From Candidatus Cloacimonadales bacterium (lineage in GTDB: Bacteria; Cloacimonadota; Cloacimonadia; Cloacimonadales; JAIOQZ01), in NCBI GenBank assembly GCA_963665815.1, contig OY762463.1, positions 544,001-608,000 of the forward strand: 64,000 nt of DNA, written 5' to 3'. Position 1 is the stretch's first letter; each line of letters starts with the position of its first letter. Below the pieces are notes generated by a model. It worked only from the letters and a program-made list of their open reading frames with translations, was not told the origin of the DNA and did no database searches. Positions 10,441 through 18,846 of the stretch are shown piece after piece. The position numbers were made by a program, and so were the translations under genes.

Positions 10441-11132
10441 ACATCAATCTCCTCAAACTTTTCAATAATACTGACTGTCAATTCTGAACTACCAGATCCG
10501 ACAGATCCTTTACCTACATTGGACTCAAAGGCATAAGTTTTATCATTCTTCTGAGCATAGCAAATATTCAAGATAAAGTGCGAAAACAACACTAAGGAAT
10601 GAATACCACCCTCAACAGAGAAAAAGGTTTGTTCGGCATGTTCCAGACCAAATCTTTCATAGAAATTATAAATATAGAATCTTGGTAGATTAGGTTCTCT
10701 ATATTTTGCTTTCTGCTGCATATCATAGAAGGGATACTCGGAGTATTCTGTATGTGAATACTTATAATTTAAAGGTACAATGGAGCAGTTCATCAAATCT
10801 GAAGAATAAAAATCAATTTCCGGGTTTATTTTAAAAATCTCTAACTCAGTTTTCTCGTTAGTCAAATGTATTTGTATTTCTTTAGTTCTTGAAAATAACA
10901 TTGATAAAATGAGCAGCCCTAAATTACGTAATTCATCTTTTGCGGCATACATATTCAATCTTTCTACGAAAACTAACGAATCATAATTATGATAGTCTTT
11001 AGTAACAATTATCTTATCTGTTTTATATACTTTAGCCGGCTTGAAAAAATTTTCTAAACATGTTATATTGTTGTAATCACTATTGAAAACTTTGCTAAAA
11101 ATATCGGGTAAATTCTTTACTTTTGCAGTCAT
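10437..11132 (-). CDS. Hypothetical protein, paralog D (possible Imm32-like immunity protein)
   Basis: Closest to paralog B (KDYHNY.SLVF.ER.NMY, NLGLL.LSMLFS, YPFY, SHF.LN, SSE); RBS AGGAG. Confidence 0.75.
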   Translation of the reverse strand: MTAKVKNLPDIFSKVFNSDYNNITCLENFFKPAKVYKTDKIIVTKDYHNYDSLVFVERLNMYAAKDELRNLGLLILSMLFSRTKEIQIHLTNEKTELEIFKINPEIDFYSSDLMNCSIVPLNYKYSHTEYSEYPFYDMQQKAKYREPNLPRFYIYNFYERFGLEHAEQTFFSVEGGIHSLVLFSHFILNICYAQKNDKTYAFESNVGKGSVGSGSSELTVSIIEKFEEIDV

Positions 11133-11300
11133 TAATACTCTCCTGTACTAAATATGTACTTTGTTTATGTAATTGTCATCTGATTGTCAAGGATATTCGT
11201 TTCATGAGTTTGAATCCCTCCCCCGTTTTTTCTTGAAAATCTGACTTCAAGATAACAGTAAGGATTTTTACAGACATTTCTTTGAAAAATGCACTCTTCA

Positions 11301-11322
11301 TTTTCTTTGGTGCCAAAGAAAA
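11301..11322. repeat. Inverted repeat TTTTCTTTGG-TG-CCAAAGAAAA
   Basis: Perfect 10-bp arms read directly. Confidence 0.7.
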
Positions 11323-11850
11323 CGAAAGAAAAGAAAATGGAGAAGTTGATGAAATTGTAAATTTCATCTAAATGTATTTCCAGTAAACTGGAACCATAAA
11401 TTTTTCCTGAAATCCTTCCAAGGCTTCAGGATTTCTTAGCGGGAAAATTTACTATACGGACAAAAAAGAGAAAATACTATCATCAATGCAAAACAATCAT
11501 ACTTAGTTCAAAGCTATTACATTGATTCATATTTTCCACTGATTTACTGTTTCAAAACTTTTATTTATAATAAGTTATATATACATTGTATTTGGTTTTC
11601 GGGGGGATGCCTGTATTCGTTTCTTGAGTCTTTCCATTAATGCAATACTGGAAAAGAACACTACCTTCCATCAGATTTGCACACCCCATCCGTCTTGGTT
11701 GTAACTACGCCGGATTGCCCCTCTTGATTTTAAAATTAATGAAGAGGGGATTCATACAACGCTTTGCGTCGTTATAATCATGAAATCCTGCAATCCTTCT
11801 AATCAAGGTTCGGACATTTTGTTTTGGAAAGTCCACCCTTGCGAACTTCA

Positions 11851-11984
11851 CTGGATGTGTTCCTTCGGAAACATCTACGTCAATTCTGGATGTGTTCCTT
11901 CGGAAACATCTACGTCAATTCTGGATGTGTTCCTTCGGAAACATCTACGTCAATTCTGGATGTGTTCCTTCGGAAACATCTACG
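11851..11984. repeat. Perfect 35-bp tandem repeat (3 full copies plus a 29-bp copy), REP-like hairpin unit
   Basis: Unit CTGGATGTGTTCCTTCGGAAACATCTACGTCAATT at 11851, 11886, 11921, 11956; minus strand reads GTAG then an ATGTTTCC-GAA-GGAACACAT hairpin. Confidence 0.95.
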
Positions 11985-12028
11985 GGTCTAAGTACCATTC
12001 GCAAGGTCTTTACATTAAATCTTCTCAT

Positions 12029-12058
12029 TTCCGAGTCCTTCCGTTCATTCCGTGGTTA
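12029..12058. repeat. Dispersed 30-bp TTCCG-periodic element, copy 1
   Basis: 25/30 identical to 16879-16908. Confidence 0.65.
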
Positions 12059-12211
12059 ATAGAATGCGTTTTTTTTCAATAGTTTGGCGATCGAAAATTT
12101 AACCGGTATATGCTCTATTATCATTATTATTAGTATGTTTCTTAAAATTCATTTACAAAAATACAAACACTAAATTAATTGATACAAAAAAAATAGACTT
12201 ATGGAGGATTC

Positions 12212-13672
12212 ATGAATTACAAGATTGGTTCACTTAATGACGTTAAAAAGTATATTGTCTTTTTCGGTTACGAAGACAATAGTGCAAACCTTGCACAATA
12301 CGATGATTCACTCTCAATCGAAAAGCTTAACAAGTTCATTGAGCTTAAAGAATGGAAATGGAAAAAAGAAGCTTCAGCGAGTTATATTGACGTGGAAACA
12401 GGTCAGGAAGTTATGCTTTGCGGACTTGGTAAGAAAGACAAGTTAACTAAAGTTATTCTTCGTCAGGCAATGGCAAAACTCACTGCTGCAATCGCTAAAG
12501 TCAAAGCAGAAGACATCTATGTTGTTATTCCGGAATTCGAAGATAAAGAGCTTAAAGTTGCTTACATCGAAGCACTTATTGATGGACTTGAAAGCGTGGA
12601 ATACGACTTTATCAAATACAAAGAAAAGAAAAAAGACGATAAAGAAGACGAAAAGAAAGATAAAAACGTAAATCTTCTTAACTGGGATTTATGCGAGCAT
12701 TTCTTAAATGAATGTGTTTATGTTGCAAAAGCAAAATCCATTACAAAAAACCTTGTTAACGAGCCAGCAAATGTTATGACTCCTCAAAAGCTTGCTGATA
12801 CAACAAAAGCACTTGGTGAAGAATTCGGTTTTAAAGTTGATGTATACGATGAAAACTATATTCAGGAAAAGAAAATGGAGTCTTACTGGTCAGTTGCTAT
12901 GGGTTCCGACCTTATGCCAAGACTGATTGTCTGTAAATACATGGGAAATCCTGACAATAAAGAAGACATCATTGCTCTCGTTGGAAAAGGTTTGACATAT
13001 GACAGTGGCGGTTATGCTATTAAAACTGCCTCAGGAATGGCTACAATGAAAAGCGACATGGGTGGTAGTGCAGCTGTAATCGGAGCTATTACCGCTATTG
13101 CAAGAATGAAACTGAAAGTTAACGTTGTATGTGTTGTTGCTGCTTGTGAAAATATGATTTCCGGCAGAGCTTACAGAAACGGTGATATTATCGGATCAAT
13201 GGCAGGAAAACACATTGAAGTCCTTAATACTGATGCGGAAGGTCGTCTTACGCTTATTGATGCAGTTACTTATGCTGTTAGAGAAATGAAAGCAACTAAA
13301 GTTGTAGATATTGCAACTCTTACAGGTGCTGCACTTGTCGCATTAGGTTCTACAAGAACTGCAGTTGTTTCGAATAACGACGAGTTCTTTGCTGAACTTG
13401 AAGATGCTTCAGAACAGGCTAACGAAAAAATCTGGCGTCTTCCTCATGATAAAGAATACAAAGACCTTCTGAAATCAGATATTGCTGATCTTAAAAACAT
13501 CGGTGGAAGGTATGCCGGCACAATCACAGCAGGACTGTTTATTGGTGAGTTCGTTGAAGAAAAACCCTGGCTGCACCTCGATATCGCTGGAACATCCTGG
13601 AATGATAAAAAAGGTTCAACCGGTCACGGAGCTAAATTACTTTACCACTTAGTGAAAAATACGGAAAAATAA
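12212..13672 (+). CDS. pepA: Leucyl aminopeptidase (M17)
   Basis: VGKGLTYDSGG, MKSDMGG, NTDAEGRL, DIATLTGA, WLHLDIAG; RBS GGAGG. Confidence 0.95.
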   Translation: MNYKIGSLNDVKKYIVFFGYEDNSANLAQYDDSLSIEKLNKFIELKEWKWKKEASASYIDVETGQEVMLCGLGKKDKLTKVILRQAMAKLTAAIAKVKAEDIYVVIPEFEDKELKVAYIEALIDGLESVEYDFIKYKEKKKDDKEDEKKDKNVNLLNWDLCEHFLNECVYVAKAKSITKNLVNEPANVMTPQKLADTTKALGEEFGFKVDVYDENYIQEKKMESYWSVAMGSDLMPRLIVCKYMGNPDNKEDIIALVGKGLTYDSGGYAIKTASGMATMKSDMGGSAAVIGAITAIARMKLKVNVVCVVAACENMISGRAYRNGDIIGSMAGKHIEVLNTDAEGRLTLIDAVTYAVREMKATKVVDIATLTGAALVALGSTRTAVVSNNDEFFAELEDASEQANEKIWRLPHDKEYKDLLKSDIADLKNIGGRYAGTITAGLFIGEFVEEKPWLHLDIAGTSWNDKKGSTGHGAKLLYHLVKNTEK

Positions 13673-13674
13673 TT

Positions 13675-14964
13675 ATGAAACATCTCAGTTTATATGTATT
13701 GATTTTAAGTTTACTTTTTACTGCCTGCGGCAAAAAGGAAGAACCTTCAATTCAGACAGCAATTCAGCAGGATCCACAAGTTCTGGAAATGCTCTCAGAC
13801 AGTCTTCTACAAAACATGATATCTGAAGCCTTGATTGAACGAACAAGCTTTTCTACAGAATTTACAAACCGGATTACTCGAAGAATAATGGAATCTGCTG
13901 TTGCAAACAGAATTGAGTTAAGTGAAATTGTTCCTGAAGAACAGGTATATAATGGTAATTACGTAAAACAGACATATAAACTGAGATTCTCTTCTGAATA
14001 CAGAGAACTTCTTAATTTTGTTAAAGATTTGGAGAATTCCACAATTCTTGGTAAAATTGAGAGTTTTACTCTTAACCAGGGAGAAGAAAAACCTGTTACT
14101 GCCGGTATTGACTTCAGTATTTTCCGAATTGTTAACAAAAAAGTCGTAAATACGGCAGAACTGAAGCATCTTTCTTATGATATAAAATCAGAGCAAGTCA
14201 GAGCAAAAAGGATCGGAATTTTCTGTGAGTTATATGCCCAGAATTATCACTGGTCAGATCTGCTTAACTGGTTAGGTAAATCTTTGCAAGAAAATGTTTC
14301 ACTAAACAGTCTTGAGTACAAAGATGCAAAAATGATCATTGAATTCAGGAGTATATCTGATGAGCATTCAAATAATTACTCGTTAATATATAAAGTAATA
14401 GATGAGATTCAGAAGCTTCCTGATTCTAAACTTTTTTTTGATGGTATAGTTTTTGAGGGAAGTAAGAAAGATCCTGATTCTGATAATGTTACTTTCTTCA
14501 CAGTCTCTGCTGCCGAGAAGGAAAAAGTTATTGTTACAAGAAAGCTATATAAAGCTCTGAAAAGTATTAAAAACTGTATGAAGCACCAGCCAGTTGTTAT
14601 TGATTCCATTCTCAATAATCCGTTTAATTTTGTGTCAATTGCAAAAGAAGACCAGGCACCTGTTCTCATAAATCAAGAAGAAGCAGGTTTTCGTATTTCA
14701 AGCACTATGAAAAACAGTAGCGGAAAATACTTTGCAATGATAACTGTTGGCGACAAAAAAGAGCTTATGTCTGTAGGTGAACATGTTTATGAATACACTA
14801 TTACCGGAATCAGTCGTGAAGAAGTTAACCTTGAAGATGAAAAGGGTAATAAATTTATACTGCAGGTTGCAGGTATAATCAAAAAAACGCCTGAAGAGAT
14901 ACAAGAGAAAACGATTGAAGAAAGAAAAAAAGCTAAGAACGATGAAAAATATGGAGATTATTAA
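13675..14964 (+). CDS. Lipoprotein with PilO-like, PilN-like and PilP/GspC-like segments
   Basis: Lipobox LLFTAC; segment motifs described in findings. Confidence 0.6.
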   Translation: MKHLSLYVLILSLLFTACGKKEEPSIQTAIQQDPQVLEMLSDSLLQNMISEALIERTSFSTEFTNRITRRIMESAVANRIELSEIVPEEQVYNGNYVKQTYKLRFSSEYRELLNFVKDLENSTILGKIESFTLNQGEEKPVTAGIDFSIFRIVNKKVVNTAELKHLSYDIKSEQVRAKRIGIFCELYAQNYHWSDLLNWLGKSLQENVSLNSLEYKDAKMIIEFRSISDEHSNNYSLIYKVIDEIQKLPDSKLFFDGIVFEGSKKDPDSDNVTFFTVSAAEKEKVIVTRKLYKALKSIKNCMKHQPVVIDSILNNPFNFVSIAKEDQAPVLINQEEAGFRISSTMKNSSGKYFAMITVGDKKELMSVGEHVYEYTITGISREEVNLEDEKGNKFILQVAGIIKKTPEEIQEKTIEERKKAKNDEKYGDY

Positions 14965-15769
14965 GAATAACTTCCAGTCTTATATACAGGGATTTGGACT
15001 AGAAAATCTTCTTGAAACCATATCTGAAATTTTTACAACATCTTTGAGTGATAACCTTATTGGTATTTACCTGCATGGCTCGCTTGCTATGGGCTGTTTC
15101 AACGATAAATACAGTGATATAGATTTGCTTGTAATTGTCGAAAATGAATTTTCACCGGAGATAAAAAAAACTATCATTGATAAAATTATTGAGTTATCCG
15201 ATTCTGGAAAGTTTCCACCAAAGGATCTGGAATTCAGCATTGTAAAAAAGAACTACCTTAAGCCATTCTTCTACCCTACTCCTTATGAACTGCATTATTC
15301 TTTATACTGGAAAGAAAAACTCAGAGACAAACCGGCTGATTTTTTTGTTAGTGAAAAAAGAGTTGATAAAGATCTGGGTACACATTTCAGAGTTCTCTAT
15401 GAACGAGGATATACTCTATATGGCACAGACATCAAGGATGTTCTGGAAAAACCATCCAATGACATTTATCTTGATGCAATTATGTATGACATTGTTGACA
15501 GCAAAGAAGAGAATGTAAGCGATAAAGAATATCATATCCTCAATCTGTGCAGAACTTATGCATTTCTTAAAACGAATGATATAATGTCCAAGAGAGAGGG
15601 TGGTGTATGGATGTATAGCACTTCTGATATTGAAAATCGAGATGTGATAAAAAAAGCTCTGGACTATTATTCAGGGAAAAACTATATTAAGATCGAAATA
15701 AATGAATTCAAAAATTTTGTACAGCAACTAATGAGTATGATCAAGACTCAGCTATCTGTACTACAATAA
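14942..15769 (+). CDS. Nucleotidyltransferase, aminoglycoside adenylyltransferase (AadA/DUF4111)-like
   Basis: GIYLHGSLAMG...SDIDLLVIV, ILNLCR, SKREGG.W; start ambiguous (14915/14942/14951). Confidence 0.8.
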   Translation: MKNMEIIKNNFQSYIQGFGLENLLETISEIFTTSLSDNLIGIYLHGSLAMGCFNDKYSDIDLLVIVENEFSPEIKKTIIDKIIELSDSGKFPPKDLEFSIVKKNYLKPFFYPTPYELHYSLYWKEKLRDKPADFFVSEKRVDKDLGTHFRVLYERGYTLYGTDIKDVLEKPSNDIYLDAIMYDIVDSKEENVSDKEYHILNLCRTYAFLKTNDIMSKREGGVWMYSTSDIENRDVIKKALDYYSGKNYIKIEINEFKNFVQQLMSMIKTQLSVLQ

Positions 15770-15815
15770 AATACCTTAAACATTGAATTTAATTTTTTAC
15801 TATTGAGGAGTTAAG

Positions 15816-16733
15816 ATGAAGAAAATACTTTTAACTGTTTTAATTATTTGTATGGCATTGTTTATTTATGCCGGAACCCCTTCATACAAATTCAAATCAG
15901 GAAAATTTGTTACTAAAACTACTGGTCCGTTCCAATCTACAGCCATTACTTATTTTGATGATTATGGCAAGAAGATATATGTCGAGAATTCTATGGAAAT
16001 AAGGATGTATGGTGAAGTGCGGAAGCAGAATAATTCAATGCTTATACTGCCAGATAAATCATACATGATTCAACATGACCAGAAATCATACCTGAAAGTA
16101 CCTGATGATGAAGAAATTAGTATTGATGAAGAATTTATGAACCATAAAGACGACATGGGTAAGAAAGTAGGTACTGAAAAAATCTTAGGCAGAACCTGTG
16201 ACATTTATGTAAAAGATAATATGAAATTCTGGATTTGGAAAGAAATGCCTTTGAAATACGAAATTACTGAAGAAGGTGAAACAATTGTTTCTGAAGTGAT
16301 TAGTATTGAAGAAAATGCAAAAATCCCAGCAAGCAGGTTTAAACTACCTGAAGGTTATTCCAGTCAAGCAGCTCCATCCTTAAACAGAATGAATATGGAT
16401 ATGGAAGCAATGCAAAAAGCAATGGAAGCTCAGGAAGTTCAAAGCAGTGATGCTAAAGTCAAAGCGACACAGGAGACGCGAACCAAACGTCTTGAGCCTG
16501 TTTCTGCAGATAAATTTCAGAAAACAAAATCAGCAGAAAGACTTGATAAAAGCAGAAATAAACGTCTTAAACCTGTTTCTGCAGATAGATTTGAGAAAAA
16601 AGCAACAGAAACTGATAAAGCGGCTGAAGCAAAGAAATTAGCCGAAGAGGAAAAGAAAAAACCAGCCGTAGAAAAAGAAGATACAATCAAGAAAATCAAA
16701 AAATTGAAGAAACTAAAAAATCTCTTCAATTAA
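15816..16733 (+). CDS. Exported DUF4412-like protein with charged C-terminal tail
   Basis: Signal peptide; GTEKILGRTC..Y motif and IPASRFKLPEGY; RBS GAGGAG. Confidence 0.7.
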   Translation: MKKILLTVLIICMALFIYAGTPSYKFKSGKFVTKTTGPFQSTAITYFDDYGKKIYVENSMEIRMYGEVRKQNNSMLILPDKSYMIQHDQKSYLKVPDDEEISIDEEFMNHKDDMGKKVGTEKILGRTCDIYVKDNMKFWIWKEMPLKYEITEEGETIVSEVISIEENAKIPASRFKLPEGYSSQAAPSLNRMNMDMEAMQKAMEAQEVQSSDAKVKATQETRTKRLEPVSADKFQKTKSAERLDKSRNKRLKPVSADRFEKKATETDKAAEAKKLAEEEKKKPAVEKEDTIKKIKKLKKLKNLFN

Positions 16734-16753
16734 TATAGAATCTTCAGAAATTC

Positions 16754-16782
16754 GCCCTTTGAGAAATCAAGGGGCTTTTTTT
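16754..16782 (+). terminator. Intrinsic terminator
   Basis: GCCCTTTGA-GAAA-TCAAGGGGC followed by T7. Confidence 0.85.
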
Positions 16783-16878
16783 GCACATGAATTTCCTGGA
16801 AATTAGCAAACAGTTATTTCTTGTTCATCGACAACATATATGAAGAGATAGTTGAGTCAGAGGATTTATAACAATTAA

Positions 16879-16908
16879 TTCCGTGTCCTTACGCTCTTTC
16901 CATGGTTA
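16879..16908. repeat. Dispersed 30-bp TTCCG-periodic element, copy 2
   Basis: 25/30 identical to 12029-12058; overlaps the stop codon of the radical SAM gene. Confidence 0.6.
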
Positions 16909-17817
16909 GAGTTGAAAATCTTTCCCCTGCTTGATTCCCTCTGCCAGCAAATGCTTTCTCAGCTTTTCTATCCACTGAGTCTTATGCCCCGGGAATGGAT
17001 TCAGTACTTTCGCACTATCTGCAACATGCGATGTAAACAATCTTGAAATCACAATATCAGGATTAAGCCTTTCAATAACTTTACTGAGCATCACAATATA
17101 CTCTTCATAATCAGGAATCTGATCCTTCACATCTTCATAAATTCCAGACAGCCTTGTTCCCTCATATGCAACCATATTATGAAATTTCACTTCTGATATT
17201 ACTTTAGATTCTGACACGTAATCGATTGTATTCATTATATTTTGCTCAGTTTCTCCGGGTATACCTAATATAAGGTGAACACCAATATGCCTTATGTACT
17301 TTGAGGTAATCTTCAGAGCTTTTTCAAAATCTGCAAACGAGTGTCCCCTATTGAGAAAGCTCAGGCTTTTATCATGTATCGACTGCAGACCGAACTCAAC
17401 AGATACAAATTTCTCCTGCCTGCTGAGGAACTCCAAAACTGACTCCGGTATATAATCAGGTCGTGTTGAGATGATCAGTCCCAGACATTCATCAAGTTCC
17501 AGAATCTCCTTGAATGTGTTGATCAACAGCTCAGGAGAACCTGCCAGAGATGTTTCATCCTGAAAATAAGCCAGTAAACCTACATCCCCAAACATATCTC
17601 TTATTCTTTCAGCAGATTTCCTGAATTGCTGCAGTACATCAGACTCAGATGCCTGGTTCTCCCCTACGAACGTAGAGGGATTGCAGTAAATACAGCCTGA
17701 GTTATTTACTCGATGTGGACATATAAGCCCGGTACTTAAACCTGCTTTATAGACTTTTCTTCCGAATTTTTTCTTGATGAAATCGGAATAGGAATTAATC
17801 AATTCGTTAATCTGCAT
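16906..17817 (-). CDS. Radical SAM protein, YhcC/TIGR01212-like
   Basis: CPHR....GCIYC, STRPD, EFGLQS.H, HLILGIPGE; start 17817 has an RBS (ORF extends to 17844). Confidence 0.85.
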   Translation of the reverse strand: MQINELINSYSDFIKKKFGRKVYKAGLSTGLICPHRVNNSGCIYCNPSTFVGENQASESDVLQQFRKSAERIRDMFGDVGLLAYFQDETSLAGSPELLINTFKEILELDECLGLIISTRPDYIPESVLEFLSRQEKFVSVEFGLQSIHDKSLSFLNRGHSFADFEKALKITSKYIRHIGVHLILGIPGETEQNIMNTIDYVSESKVISEVKFHNMVAYEGTRLSGIYEDVKDQIPDYEEYIVMLSKVIERLNPDIVISRLFTSHVADSAKVLNPFPGHKTQWIEKLRKHLLAEGIKQGKDFQL

Positions 17818-18041
17818 AGTCAACCTTTCTTCAAAATACGGCATTACAGTTCATATTCAATATCTTATGACAAATTTTTGTTTACAAATATCATGCACAA
17901 GTTTTTTTTACAATATAGAATTTTGCACTATTTATTGCATTTGATTCAACAAATAGATGCATTAGATCACAAGCAAATATGTTTGACCAAAGTATGTTAA
18001 ACTATTTTGCTGACAATAATTATTTACATTCAGGAGATACC

Positions 18042-18818
18042 ATGAGAAACAGAGACCTTCAAACTGAATCGGTAAAGATACAGAATTTCATCAAAAAGCA
18101 ATTGGAAAATGCCGGAAAAGAAAAGATAATCATTGGTCTTTCCGGTGGAATAGATTCCTCACTTTCAGCCACTCTTGCAGTTAATGCAATTGGGAAAGAA
18201 AATGTTATAGGCATTATGCTTCCGTATAAAACAAGCCATCCGGACAGTCTGAATCATGCAAAGCTCATAGCAGATCAGCTTGGAATAGAAACAACAACAA
18301 TTGATATATCTCCTATGGTGGATGCATATTTTGATTACTACGAAAAAGATGCTGACAGACTCAGAATAGGCAACAGAAAAGCCAGAGAAAGAATGTGTGT
18401 TCTGTACGATTATTCTTCAAAATACAATGGTTTAGTACTCGGTACAGGTAACAAAACAGAGCTTTTAATCGGTTATTTTACTCAATATGGTGATGGCGCA
18501 TGTGCATTCGAACCATTAGGACATATTTACAAGACAGAAGTATGGGATATGAGCAGACTTCTCGGTATTCCTGAAGTTATCATTGATAAAAAACCAACGG
18601 CTGATCTCTGGGATGACCAGACTGATGAAGGTGAACTTGGAATAACATATAAGAACCTTGATGAGCTTCTTTACAGGATCTTTGAAATTGACACAACTAT
18701 CACAGAATTAATGGACTCAGGGTTCTCTCATGATGATATCCTGAAAGTCAAAGCTCTCGTTAAGAATTCTTCATTTAAAAGAAAACTCCCTCCTGTAATG
18801 GAAGAAATTGACGTGTGA
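18042..18818 (+). CDS. nadE: NH3-dependent NAD+ synthetase
   Basis: GLSGGIDS, NRKARERM, GTGNKTE..GYFTQYGDG, KPTADLW..QTDE; RBS AGGAG before ATG 18042. Confidence 0.95.
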   Translation: MRNRDLQTESVKIQNFIKKQLENAGKEKIIIGLSGGIDSSLSATLAVNAIGKENVIGIMLPYKTSHPDSLNHAKLIADQLGIETTTIDISPMVDAYFDYYEKDADRLRIGNRKARERMCVLYDYSSKYNGLVLGTGNKTELLIGYFTQYGDGACAFEPLGHIYKTEVWDMSRLLGIPEVIIDKKPTADLWDDQTDEGELGITYKNLDELLYRIFEIDTTITELMDSGFSHDDILKVKALVKNSSFKRKLPPVMEEIDV

Positions 18819-18846
18819 ATCTGCCTGATTGAAAGAAAGGATATTA

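Noticed and set aside
11851-11984. CRISPR array
   Set aside because: Units are contiguous and identical with only an invariant ~6-nt linker; no unique spacers and no cas genes
11600-11990. tmRNA (GGGGGGATGCC..TTCG start)
   Set aside because: No matching T-arm, acceptor stem or CCA end at the expected distance and no tag reading frame
11780-12082. 100-aa Cys/Trp-rich ORF
   Set aside because: Produced by reading through a 35-bp repeat (not a multiple of 3); no RBS
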